Below are positions 37,030 to 44,741 of a DNA stretch of 64,000 nt, in pieces; position 1 is the first letter of the stretch, and each line of letters begins with the position of its first letter. Both the position numbers and the translations under genes were made by a program. Source of the stretch: Collinsella sp. (GTDB taxonomy: Bacteria; Actinomycetota; Coriobacteriia; Coriobacteriales; Coriobacteriaceae); the NCBI GenBank assembly GCA_031292915.1, contig JAUMSH010000086.1, positions 16,450 through 80,449 of the forward strand. The letters are read 5' to 3'. Under the pieces are notes generated by a model. The model was not told the DNA's origin. It worked only from the letters and a program-made list of their open reading frames with translations, and did not search any database.

Positions 37030-37760
37030 GGAATCTCCCGATACCCGCGCGGCGTAACCATACGGCCGCCCACGAGCTTCGTGTCCGCGTTGCCGACGAA
37101 CACGGTGGTGAACATGTCGGCGTCGATCTCTTCCAGCTCGGAGAGCCTGCACATGCCCGACTGCTGCCCCTCGCGCCCGATGTTGCGTACCCAGCCGCAG
37201 AGCGTGTCGGGGGCCTTCCATTCGAGCATAATCTTCGCCGCGCGTGAGAGCCTGTCGGCGCGCTTTCTGCTGTGCGGGTTGTACAAACAGATGCAGAAGT
37301 CGGCGCTCGCCACGGCGGCGAGCCTGCGCTCGATGACCTCCCACGGTGTGAGCAGGTCGGAGAGCGACACGACCGCGAAGTCGTGGGCAAGCGGGGCGCC
37401 GAGCACCGCCGACCCGCTCTGAGCCGCGGTGGCCCCGGCGATAACTTCCACGTCTACATCGGGGTAGTCCTCCGCAAGCTCCAGCACGGGGCTCGCCATG
37501 CCGTACACGCCCGCGTCACCGCTGCACACGAGCGCCACGGCTTCTCCGCTCTGCGCGCGCGAAAGCGCCAGGCGGCACCGTTCGACCTCGTGCATCATCG
37601 GCGTCGCGAGATGCGCCGCGTCGGGCACGGCGGCGAGCGCGAGCTCCACGTATTTCGTGTACCCCACAACGATGTCGGCCGCCTCGAGCGCGCGCCGGGC
37701 CGCAATCGTCATGCCATCGGGGCCGCCCGGGCCGATCCCCACCACGAAGAGCTTTCCCAT
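37017..37760 (-). CDS. cbiH: cobalt-factor III / precorrin-3B C17-methyltransferase
   Basis: GKLFVVGIGPGGPDGMT and a tetrapyrrole methylase fold. The ATG at 37760 overlaps the cbiG TGA. Confidence 0.9.
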   Translation of the reverse strand: MGKLFVVGIGPGGPDGMTIAARRALEAADIVVGYTKYVELALAAVPDAAHLATPMMHEVERCRLALSRAQSGEAVALVCSGDAGVYGMASPVLELAEDYPDVDVEVIAGATAAQSGSAVLGAPLAHDFAVVSLSDLLTPWEVIERRLAAVASADFCICLYNPHSRKRADRLSRAAKIMLEWKAPDTLCGWVRNIGREGQQSGMCRLSELEEIDADMFTTVFVGNADTKLVGGRMVTPRGYREIPCER

Positions 37761-38893
37761 CACCGCTCCTTAAACGAAAGTTCGATAGTTACCTTGGAAA
37801 ACGCGACGGTCACGCCGCCGTGAGCGAGCTTCGGGAAGATAAGTTTGCCCCCGTCCGCGAGTGCCGCGCGCTCGCACACGTTGTCGACCCCAACCGTCGC
37901 GCGCACGAAATCAGATGGCGAAACGCTGCCTTCGACCTGCGACAACTCCTCTGCGGAATACGTCGCAAGCGGGATATTGCGCGCGCGGCAGAAGGCGAGC
38001 AGACCCTCCTCGTGCGCCTTCACGTCGATCGTCGCCGCCTCGCGCACGGCCAAAGGCGAGATACCCGCCTGCCCGCACGCGAGAAGAAACGCCTCCTCGA
38101 TCGCTTCGGCGCACGCACCGCGACGGCACCCTATGCCCGCAACGATGCAGGGCACGACAAGGCGAAGCGGCTCGGGCGCAGGCGCCTGCGCCCGCACGCC
38201 GGCCGGCTTCCCCGTCTCACCGACGGGCACGACCTCGCCTGTTGTCTCCGCCGCGCGAACGGACGCACCTGCATTCGCGCCAGCGAACGGCGACACGACG
38301 ATATCGGCCAGAGCGCGGTCGGACGCAATGTCAACCCCCTCAGGCAGCTGTCCCGAAATCGGCATGTCGGAATAGAGCGTCACGCGCCCGCCCGAAAGCA
38401 GCCGCGCCGACACTCGCTTGATGGCCTCGGGATTCGAAACGGCGAGCCCCGCACAGCGCGCCCACGTATCCACCGCCCACACGCCGCGGACGTCGGTCGC
38501 CGTGGTGATGACGGGGATGGCCCCTGCCGCGCGTGCCACAGTTTGCGCAAGGTCGTTCGCACCGCCCAAATGCCCCGACAAAAGCGGGACGGCAAAGCGC
38601 CCCGCCTCGTCGATCACCACAACCGCAGAATCGGTTGCCTTCGAGGCGACATGCGGCGCGATCGCCCGCACGGCGATGCCCGCCGCGCCCACGAACAGAA
38701 GCGCGTCCGACGCTTCCCACGCGAGCGCCGTCCATGTGCGCAGGTCGGCCTTCCCCTCGCCGAACCCGCGCGAAACGGAAACGTCCCAGCCAGGGTCATC
38801 TTCACCTGTCTGCGCGCAATCGGAAAGCGCGCGTGCGGTGCGCTGCGCCAACGCATACCCCCTCTCAGTGAACGCTATGCAGGAAATCCTCAT
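37760..38893 (-). CDS. cbiG: cobalt-precorrin-5A hydrolase
   Basis: CbiG-type N and C domains (MRISCIAFTERG.., ..ISPLAVREAATIDVKAHEEGLL). The start abuts the stop of the upstream cbiL remnant (TAGATG). Confidence 0.85.
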   Translation of the reverse strand: MRISCIAFTERGYALAQRTARALSDCAQTGEDDPGWDVSVSRGFGEGKADLRTWTALAWEASDALLFVGAAGIAVRAIAPHVASKATDSAVVVIDEAGRFAVPLLSGHLGGANDLAQTVARAAGAIPVITTATDVRGVWAVDTWARCAGLAVSNPEAIKRVSARLLSGGRVTLYSDMPISGQLPEGVDIASDRALADIVVSPFAGANAGASVRAAETTGEVVPVGETGKPAGVRAQAPAPEPLRLVVPCIVAGIGCRRGACAEAIEEAFLLACGQAGISPLAVREAATIDVKAHEEGLLAFCRARNIPLATYSAEELSQVEGSVSPSDFVRATVGVDNVCERAALADGGKLIFPKLAHGGVTVAFSKVTIELSFKER

Positions 38894-39127
38894 CTAGCGC
38901 ACCACCATCGTTGAGAAGTAGCTGCCCCGATCGGGCACATCGTCGAGCAAGCGGTACATGCGCTCGCCCGGAAGCCCACAGTCCTCTACGAGCTCGGCAC
39001 CGTCGAAGGTGCCCTCCTCGCGAAGGATGCGCTTCGTGTCCGCAAGCGAGTGGCGCGCCTTCATAGCCACCTTCGTCCCTGGCCAGCCGATTGCGCGGCC
39101 CACCCCATACAGCGCGCCTTTACTCAT
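38894..39127 (-). pseudogene. cbiL: cbiL (cobalt-factor II C20-methyltransferase) in-frame internal-deletion remnant, 77 codons
   Basis: It retains the CbiL N-terminus MSKGALYGVG and the CbiL C-terminus (KVAMKARHSLADTKRILREEG..ELVEDCGLPGERMYRLLDDVPDRGSYFSTMVV). About 150 central residues of the methylase fold are missing. The ATG at 39127 overlaps the cbiD end by 8 nt. Confidence 0.6.
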
Positions 39128-40304
39128 ACGTCGCCCCCAATTCCCCGATAACTGCATCGGCGCCCGACGTGCGGAAAAGCTCGCGGCGCTCGGCGTCGAA
39201 CACGACCGCGGCGATGTCGCATGCGCCCGCCGCGCGGCGGCGCAACCTGTCCTCGATTGCCGCAGCGAGCGAGGCGCGCGCAGCGTCCCCCACGCCGGCG
39301 GCCTCGATTACCTCGAGCGCCACCGTGGTCGTGACGGACGTCATGATCTCGCGCACGGTCTTCGCACCCGCGCCGGCCATGGCCGCGTGGGCGGCCAGAA
39401 TCTCCGCGCGGCAGTCGGCGGTACGCGAATGGGTGTCCATGATGCCGCCCGCGACCTTCACCAACTTGCCGATGTGTCCCACAAGAAGGACATTGGTGAA
39501 TCCCTCGCGAACGCAGCAATCAATCGCATCGCCCACAAAGTTGGAGATGAAGACCACCGGCGCACCGTTTAGGTGGAAATGCCCCGAGATGAACTGCCCG
39601 CCGTAGTTGCCGGGCGTGAGCACGACTCCGCGCCGCCCCATAGCCGCATGCTGCCGGATCTCGAGCTCGATGCTGTCGCGCAAGGCAGCGAGACTGCGAG
39701 GCTCGACGATGCCCGTCGTGCCCAGGATGGAGATGCCGCCCTCTATCCCCAGGTGCGGGTTGAAGGTCTTTTCGGCAAGGGAAACGCCCTCGGGTACCGA
39801 AATCGTCACAGCAATATTTCCAGAAAAGCCGTGCGCGGCGCACACCTCGCGCACCGCCGAAGTGATCATCGCGCGCGGCGTCGCGTTGATGGCGGCCGCC
39901 CCCACCGGCTGCTCGAGCCCGGGCAACGTCACGCGCCCCACGCCCACGCCGCCATCGACGGAAACTTCCGATTCGTGCGCGGGCACGCCCTTGCTGCCCG
40001 CAGCACCCGTGCCCGACCCCGAATGTTCCACGCGCGCGTACACGAGCACGCCGTCGGTCACATCGGCATCGTCGCCTGCGTCCTTACGCACGGCGCACTG
40101 GGCGCACCCCTCGCCGATGCATGCGTCGACCACGTCCGTCTCGACGGGCAGCCCGCCGGGGGTGACGATCGACACGAGGCCGACGGGCTTTCGTGACAAG
40201 AGCATCTCGCAGGCTGCCTTCGCCGCGAGCGCGGCGCAGCTCCCCGTGGTGTAGCCGCAGCGCAGGCGGGTCGTCCCGGTATATATGTAGTGCTCGAAGG
40301 CCAC
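39120..40304 (-). CDS. cbiD: cobalt-precorrin-5B (C1)-methyltransferase
   Basis: LRCGYTTGSCAALAAKAA, and GGISILGTTGIVEP. The GTG at 40304 lies 1 nt after the cbiF stop. Confidence 0.88.
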   Translation of the reverse strand: MAFEHYIYTGTTRLRCGYTTGSCAALAAKAACEMLLSRKPVGLVSIVTPGGLPVETDVVDACIGEGCAQCAVRKDAGDDADVTDGVLVYARVEHSGSGTGAAGSKGVPAHESEVSVDGGVGVGRVTLPGLEQPVGAAAINATPRAMITSAVREVCAAHGFSGNIAVTISVPEGVSLAEKTFNPHLGIEGGISILGTTGIVEPRSLAALRDSIELEIRQHAAMGRRGVVLTPGNYGGQFISGHFHLNGAPVVFISNFVGDAIDCCVREGFTNVLLVGHIGKLVKVAGGIMDTHSRTADCRAEILAAHAAMAGAGAKTVREIMTSVTTTVALEVIEAAGVGDAARASLAAAIEDRLRRRAAGACDIAAVVFDAERRELFRTSGADAVIGELGATYE

Positions 40305-40305
40305 G

Positions 40306-41097
40306 CTAGCTGCTCGCCTTCCGATACCCCGTGGCAAACGAAGGGTCGTAAAGCTTGCTGCGCTCGTACGACTCCGCTTGCGCGCCGTCGTGCGCAAGCC
40401 CGCCGCGAGCTCCGAGCACGCGGCCCACCACCACGAGCGCCGTGCGGTCGATGCCCTCTCGCGCGCCCGCATCGGCGAGCGTGCCCACTGTGCATCGCAC
40501 CACGCGCTCCTCAGGCCAGGTCGCCTTGTACACGAGCGCCGCCGGCTCGTCGGAGCTGCGGCCCGCGGCCAAAAGCTCGGCGGAAAGCTCGGCGAGCATA
40601 CCCGAGCTCAGGAAGATGACCATAGTCGAACCACTTTCCGCCATGGTGCGCATGCCCTCGCCCGCGGGCATGGGGGTACGTCCGGAAAGCCGCGTGATCA
40701 CGACCGACTGGCTGATTCCCGGCAGCGTGTATTCCTGGCGAAGCGCCGCCGCGGCACCGCAAAAGCTCGACACGCCGGGCACCACCTCGTAGTCCACGCC
40801 GCGCGCGTCGAGTGCGTCCATCTGCTCCTGGATGGCGCCGTACAGGGACGGGTCGCCTGTGTGCAGGCGCACCACTTCCTCGCCCCGCGCATCCGCCGCG
40901 CACATCACGTCGAGCACTTCCTCCAAGGTCATGTGCGCGCTGTCGTAGACGATGCAGGATTCCTTGCACTCAGCGAGCAGCTCAGGGTTCACAAGGCTTC
41001 CCGCCCAAACGACCACGTCGGCTGCGCGCAGAAGGCGCGCCCCGCGCAGCGTGATAAGGTCGGCGGCGCCCGAGCCTGCGCCAACGATATGAATCAT
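40306..41097 (-). CDS. cbiF: cobalt-precorrin-4 C11-methyltransferase
   Basis: MIHIVGAGSGAADLITLRG and VVRLHTGDPSLYGAI. GGGAAGGGAAGG precedes the ATG at 41097. This is the first gene of the operon. Confidence 0.9.
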   Translation of the reverse strand: MIHIVGAGSGAADLITLRGARLLRAADVVVWAGSLVNPELLAECKESCIVYDSAHMTLEEVLDVMCAADARGEEVVRLHTGDPSLYGAIQEQMDALDARGVDYEVVPGVSSFCGAAAALRQEYTLPGISQSVVITRLSGRTPMPAGEGMRTMAESGSTMVIFLSSGMLAELSAELLAAGRSSDEPAALVYKATWPEERVVRCTVGTLADAGAREGIDRTALVVVGRVLGARGGLAHDGAQAESYERSKLYDPSFATGYRKASS

Positions 41098-41228
41098 CCG
41101 AGCCTTCCCTTCCCGTTTCCCATCGCAACCGTTTACGCCGCCATTCGCGCAGCGGGCAAAACACGGCGCCTGCGGCGGCAATCGGCGCAAATACGCAGGC
41201 AGGAGGCGCAATGCCGCCCGCCCTGGCT

Positions 41229-41257
41229 TTGACACGTTCACAAGTGCCCACTATCAT
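41229..41257 (+). promoter_or_regulatory. sigma70-type promoter for the riboswitch-controlled cbiK/transport operon
   Basis: TTGACA (41229-41234), exactly 17 nt, then TATCAT (41252-41257). Confidence 0.65.
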
Positions 41258-41297
41258 AGTAAAAGATTCGGCAACGAGCATATGACAATCGGATAAA

Positions 41298-41440
41298 AGG
41301 AAATGACCGGCGCGGCGCCCGCACAGCCCGCGCTGGCTTGCGGAGGGAACCAGGTGGGAATCCTGGGCAAGGGACATTACTGTATAGGACGCGCGGGCGA
41401 ACCGCCTCGCGCCCCAAGCCAGACTGCTTCGCCTTTTCCT
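41298..41440 (+). promoter_or_regulatory. cobalamin-riboswitch-like aptamer (followed by terminator-like platform to ~41497)
   Basis: The closing helix is AGGAAA/TTTCCT. GGAGGGAACCAGGTGGGAATCCTGGGC (from 41342) and ACTGTA (41379-41384) match the conserved core blocks. AAGCCAGACTGCTTCGCC (41416-41433) sits at the B12-box position but is atypically short. A hairpin (41441-41455) and the run CTTTTCTTT (41488-41496) lie downstream. Confidence 0.6.
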
Positions 41441-41555
41441 CACGGCATCGCCGTGGCGTTAGCTCCTTGTGAGCCCCGAGGGGTGCGCTTTTCTTTCGCT
41501 TGTGCCGACAAGCAACTGTCGCCGGGGGACCGGCAAACCGAGGAAAGGAAAAACC

Positions 41556-42482
41556 ATGTCCGACCAGATGTCACGCCGCGGCTTCATGGGCGCCGCAGCA
41601 ACCGGAGCCGTCGCGCTCGCCGGAGTCGCACTCGCGGGCTGCTCCAACACCTCCGCGAGTTCCGAGAAATCGAGCGAAAAGGAGAAGGCCGTGAAGCCGG
41701 TCATCCTCGTCACGAGCTTCGGCACGAGCTACAACGACTCGCGCCACATCACCATCGGCGCCATCGAAGACGCTATCCGCGAGAAGTACTGGCAGGACTA
41801 CGACATCCGCCGCGCCTTCACCGCGCAGATCATCATCGATAAGCTGAAGAAGCGCGACGGCATCACGATCGACAACATGACCGAGGCGCTCGACCGCTGC
41901 GTGGAAGACGGCGTGAAGGAAATCGTCGTGCAGCCGACGCATCTCATGGGTGGCCTGGAATACACCGACGTGAAAGACGAGCTCGACAAGTACGCCGACA
42001 AGTTCGACAAAATCTCGCTCGGCGACCCGCTGCTCACCTCCGACGACGACTACAAGAAGGTGGCCGCAGCCATTAAGGAGAACATGGCGTCCTTCGACGA
42101 CGGCAAGACGGCGCTGTGCCTCATGGGCCACGGCACCGAAGCCGATTCCAACGCCGACTATGCCAAGATGCAGGAAGTGTTTAAGAACGAGGGCTTGACG
42201 CAGTTCTTCGTCGGCACCGTCGAGGCTGAACCGACCTGCGAGGATGTTATCGCCGCCGCGAGCGCCGCAGGCTACAAGAAGGCCGTGCTCGCGCCGTTCA
42301 TGGTGGTCGCGGGCGACCACGCGAATAACGACATGGCAGACGAGACCGACCCCGACAGCTGGGCTGCGAAGTTCGTGGCCGCCGGCTTCGAAGTGACGTG
42401 CCTGCTCCAGGGTCTGGGACAGAACGTCGCGGTCGACGACATCTACGTCTCGCACGTGGACGACGCCATCGCCAAGCTGTAA
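41556..42482 (+). CDS. cbiK: CbiK-family (sirohydrochlorin cobaltochelatase fold) protein with twin-arginine/lipoprotein signal peptide
   Basis: MSDQMSRRGFMGAAATGAVALAGVALAGC has an RR motif and a lipobox Cys. The mature part has ILVTSFGTSY, VVQPTHLMGG and CLMGHGT (both metal-ligand His contexts). GAGGAAAGGA precedes the ATG. Confidence 0.85.
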   Translation: MSDQMSRRGFMGAAATGAVALAGVALAGCSNTSASSEKSSEKEKAVKPVILVTSFGTSYNDSRHITIGAIEDAIREKYWQDYDIRRAFTAQIIIDKLKKRDGITIDNMTEALDRCVEDGVKEIVVQPTHLMGGLEYTDVKDELDKYADKFDKISLGDPLLTSDDDYKKVAAAIKENMASFDDGKTALCLMGHGTEADSNADYAKMQEVFKNEGLTQFFVGTVEAEPTCEDVIAAASAAGYKKAVLAPFMVVAGDHANNDMADETDPDSWAAKFVAAGFEVTCLLQGLGQNVAVDDIYVSHVDDAIAKL

Positions 42483-42627
42483 ACTCGCCGCGCACGGGGG
42501 CGCCGGTCGCGTCCCCGTGCAACGGGCATGCGCCTTCCCCGACTGACGGCGCATGCCCGTTGCATTCGCATCCCGCCCGCCCACCGCACGGCGCGGGCGG
42601 TCGAAGCGATTGAAAGGAACCCCCTCC

Positions 42628-43161
42628 ATGTTGAAGAAAACCCTCGCCTTCGCCCTGTCAGCGGCGCTTTTCGCGTTCTCGCTCGCCGGCTGCGGCGGAA
42701 ATTCAATCGACAGCGCAAAGGCAAGCGATGCCGATTCCCAGGAAAAGACCGAACAGGCGGCCGATGCGCCCGAGGGCGCAAGCGCTGCCCCCATCACCGC
42801 CGACAAGGTGGCCGACGGCACCTATCCGATCACCGTAGATTCCAGCTCGAACATGTTCAGGATTGTGGACGCCCAGCTCATCGTGGAAAACGGCTCCATG
42901 CACTGCGTGATGACGCTTTCCGGCACGGGCTACGGCAAGCTCTTCATGGGCACGGGCGACGAGGCTGCCGCCGCGAGCGAGGCCGACTTCATCCCCTATG
43001 TGGAAAACGCGGAAGGCAAGTACACCTACGACGTGCCCGTTGAAGCGCTCGACGAGGACACCGCCTGCGCCGCGTGGAGTATTAGAAAAGAGCGGTGGTA
43101 CGACCGCACGCTCGTGTTCGAATCCGCCGGCGTCGATCTGCGCGCCGACGCACTGAAGTAA
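42628..43161 (+). CDS. lipoprotein of unknown function with a beta-rich domain paralogous to the N-domain of the next gene
   Basis: MLKKTLAFALSAALFAFSLAGC is a lipobox. The domain is GTYPITVDSSSNMFRIVDAQLIVENGSMHCVMTLSGTGYGKLFMG. GAAAGGAAC precedes the ATG at 42628. Confidence 0.75.
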   Translation: MLKKTLAFALSAALFAFSLAGCGGNSIDSAKASDADSQEKTEQAADAPEGASAAPITADKVADGTYPITVDSSSNMFRIVDAQLIVENGSMHCVMTLSGTGYGKLFMGTGDEAAAASEADFIPYVENAEGKYTYDVPVEALDEDTACAAWSIRKERWYDRTLVFESAGVDLRADALK

Positions 43162-43165
43162 CGCC

Positions 43166-44737
43166 ATGCGGTCGATTCTTCCCAAGGGGGAAAGCAGAAA
43201 GCGCCGCAGCATCGCGGTGCGCGTGATCGCCTGCATTCTCGTCGCCCTGCTCGCGCTTCCCTTCGCGGGGTGCAGTGCGAGCCCGAACGCGACCGGTGGC
43301 ACGGCGGGCTCTCAGGAATACACTGTGAGCGTCTCGCTTGCCGGCGGGTCAGGGCGCGCAAGCATCGCCTCACCCACCACAATTGTGAAGGATGGCGACA
43401 CCTACACCGCGACCATCACCTGGTCGAGTTCGAACTACGACAAGATGACCGTCGACGGCGTAGACTACGCGCCCGTAAACGACGGCGGCAACTCCACGTT
43501 CGAGATACCCGTCACGCTCGACGAGGACATCGCCGTGTCGGCCGAGACCGTCGCCATGTCGACGCCGCACACCATCGACTACACGCTCTACTTCGACTCA
43601 TCCACCATGAAGAAGAAAACGGGCGACGATGCAAGCGGCGACTCCCCTGCGGGAACGGCTTCAAGCGCCGCGGCCGACTTCCACAACGCAGATTTGGGCT
43701 GCGGCTGGGAGCCGACGGGGACGCTTCAGCTAGAATACGCCAAGCACTTCACTGTCGACGAGTTCGAAGGCGGCTTGCGGCTTATCTGCGTTTCGAACGG
43801 GGAGCGCTTCCTCGTGGCGCCGCAGGATGCGAAGGTACCTGATGGGTTGAGCTCCGACATCGCGGTCATAAGGCGCCCCGCCGACAAGGTGTACCTTGTG
43901 TCGTCGGCGACGATGTGCCTGGTCGACGCACTCGATGCGAACGACAACATCCTCATGTCGGGCACGAAGGCCGACGATTGCTCGGTCGCGGGCTTCAAAA
44001 GCGCGCTCGAAAGTGGGGCGATCGCCTACGGCGGCAAGTACAGCGCGCCCGACTACGAGCGAATATCGGCCTCGGGCTGCACGCTCGCCATCGAGAACAC
44101 CATGATCAACCACACGCCCGATGTGAAGGAAAAGCTGCAGAAGCTCGGGCTCGTCGTGCTCACCGAACAGTCGTCGAGCGAGACCGAAGCACTCGGGCGC
44201 CTCGAGTGGATTAAGCTTTTCGGCGTCCTGTTCGACAAGGAAGACGAGGCCGCGCACCTGTTCAACGAGCAGAAGGCCCGCGTCGAGCAAACGTCGGGGC
44301 TCGCGTCGTCAGGTAAAACCGTAGCGTATTTCTACATTAACTCGAACGGGGCCGCCGTCACGCGGCGGGCGGGCGACTACGTGGCGCAGATGATCGAGCT
44401 TGCAGGCGGCAGCTACGCACTCGATGATGCGCAGACGGCGTCGACGTCAGGTTCGTCAGTAACGCTCGAAATGGAGCGCTTCTACGCAACGGCGAAGGAT
44501 GCCGACATCATCGTCTACAACGGCACCATCGACGAATCGGTTGCCACCTTGAAAGACTTCGTAGGCAAAAACGCGCTATTGTCGCAGTTCAAAGCTGTAA
44601 AGAACGGCAACGTCTGGGTCACAAGCGCCGACATGTACCAGCAGATGACTTCTACCGCCGACATTATCGACGAGCTGCACGGGGCGTTCACCGGCGATGA
44701 CGCGAGCGACTTCCATTATCTGAGGAAGCTCGGCTAG
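43166..44737 (+). CDS. ABC substrate-binding lipoprotein (BtuF/FecB-type, cluster A) with extra N-terminal beta-rich domain
   Basis: Lipobox LALPFAGC. The N-domain is YTVSVSLAGGSGRASIASPTTIVKDGDTYTATITWSSSNYDKMTVDG. The Peripla_BP_2-like body has KVYLVSSATMCLVDAL.., APDYERI, and WIKLFGVLFDKE. Confidence 0.85.
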   Translation: MRSILPKGESRKRRSIAVRVIACILVALLALPFAGCSASPNATGGTAGSQEYTVSVSLAGGSGRASIASPTTIVKDGDTYTATITWSSSNYDKMTVDGVDYAPVNDGGNSTFEIPVTLDEDIAVSAETVAMSTPHTIDYTLYFDSSTMKKKTGDDASGDSPAGTASSAAADFHNADLGCGWEPTGTLQLEYAKHFTVDEFEGGLRLICVSNGERFLVAPQDAKVPDGLSSDIAVIRRPADKVYLVSSATMCLVDALDANDNILMSGTKADDCSVAGFKSALESGAIAYGGKYSAPDYERISASGCTLAIENTMINHTPDVKEKLQKLGLVVLTEQSSSETEALGRLEWIKLFGVLFDKEDEAAHLFNEQKARVEQTSGLASSGKTVAYFYINSNGAAVTRRAGDYVAQMIELAGGSYALDDAQTASTSGSSVTLEMERFYATAKDADIIVYNGTIDESVATLKDFVGKNALLSQFKAVKNGNVWVTSADMYQQMTSTADIIDELHGAFTGDDASDFHYLRKLG

Positions 44738-44741
44738 CGTC

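Noticed and set aside
41098-41250. Second cobalamin riboswitch on the minus strand in front of cbiF
   Set aside because: None of the conserved blocks (GGGAA..GGTG..AATCC, ACTGT, B12 box in the correct order) are present on that strand. This is reported as an open question rather than a feature.
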